A DNA stretch of 64,000 bases from Sphyrna mokarran (lineage: Eukaryota). The notes under the pieces are model-generated. The model had not been told where the DNA came from and ran no database searches. It saw only the letters and a list, made by a program, of their open reading frames with translations. A program made the translations under genes and the position numbers. Numbering within the stretch: the first letter of the stretch is position 1; each line of letters starts with the position of its first letter. The DNA lies in NCBI GenBank assembly GCA_024679065.1, contig JAGIQG010000001.1:92628001-92692000 (forward strand), given 5' to 3'. This document shows, in pieces, positions 63,901 through 64,000 of the stretch.

Positions 63901-64000
63901 ACACCTGTAGGATAAAAACAAATACATCAATATCATCATCTATTTACACACTTCCCAGGGACTCCCAAGGCTCATGATCCCTATTTTAAATCAGTTTTCT

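Overview
This is AT-rich, repeat-dense vertebrate DNA with no recognisable protein-coding gene, rRNA, intact tRNA or CRISPR array. The repeat content (HE1/V-domain SINEs, HER1/CR1 LINE tails ending in (GTTCTAT/GTTCTTT)n, Penelope pLTR ends, GGGC-terminated palindromic MITE-like elements) points to a shark (elasmobranch) genome, and the window is probably intergenic or deep-intronic. Nearly all listed ORFs are decayed retroelement fragments (CR1, L2, Rex1/Babar, RTE, RTEX, Penelope, Gypsy) or noise. The most unusual signal is a ~455-bp composite V-domain SINE present twice (14057-14514 and 63450-63900, minus strand). Its extra ~120-nt hairpin-rich 5' module contains an internal T-run. One copy appears to have retroposed together with ~600 bp of upstream DNA inside a single TSD (5' transduction). 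Other notable structures are minimal hammerhead ribozyme motifs in Penelope ends, a twin-priming-like 5' inversion in an RTEX LINE, a micro-inversion splitting a SINE, and SINE tail swapping. Family names come from recalled motifs, not database searches, and repeat boundaries are approximate unless a TSD is quoted.
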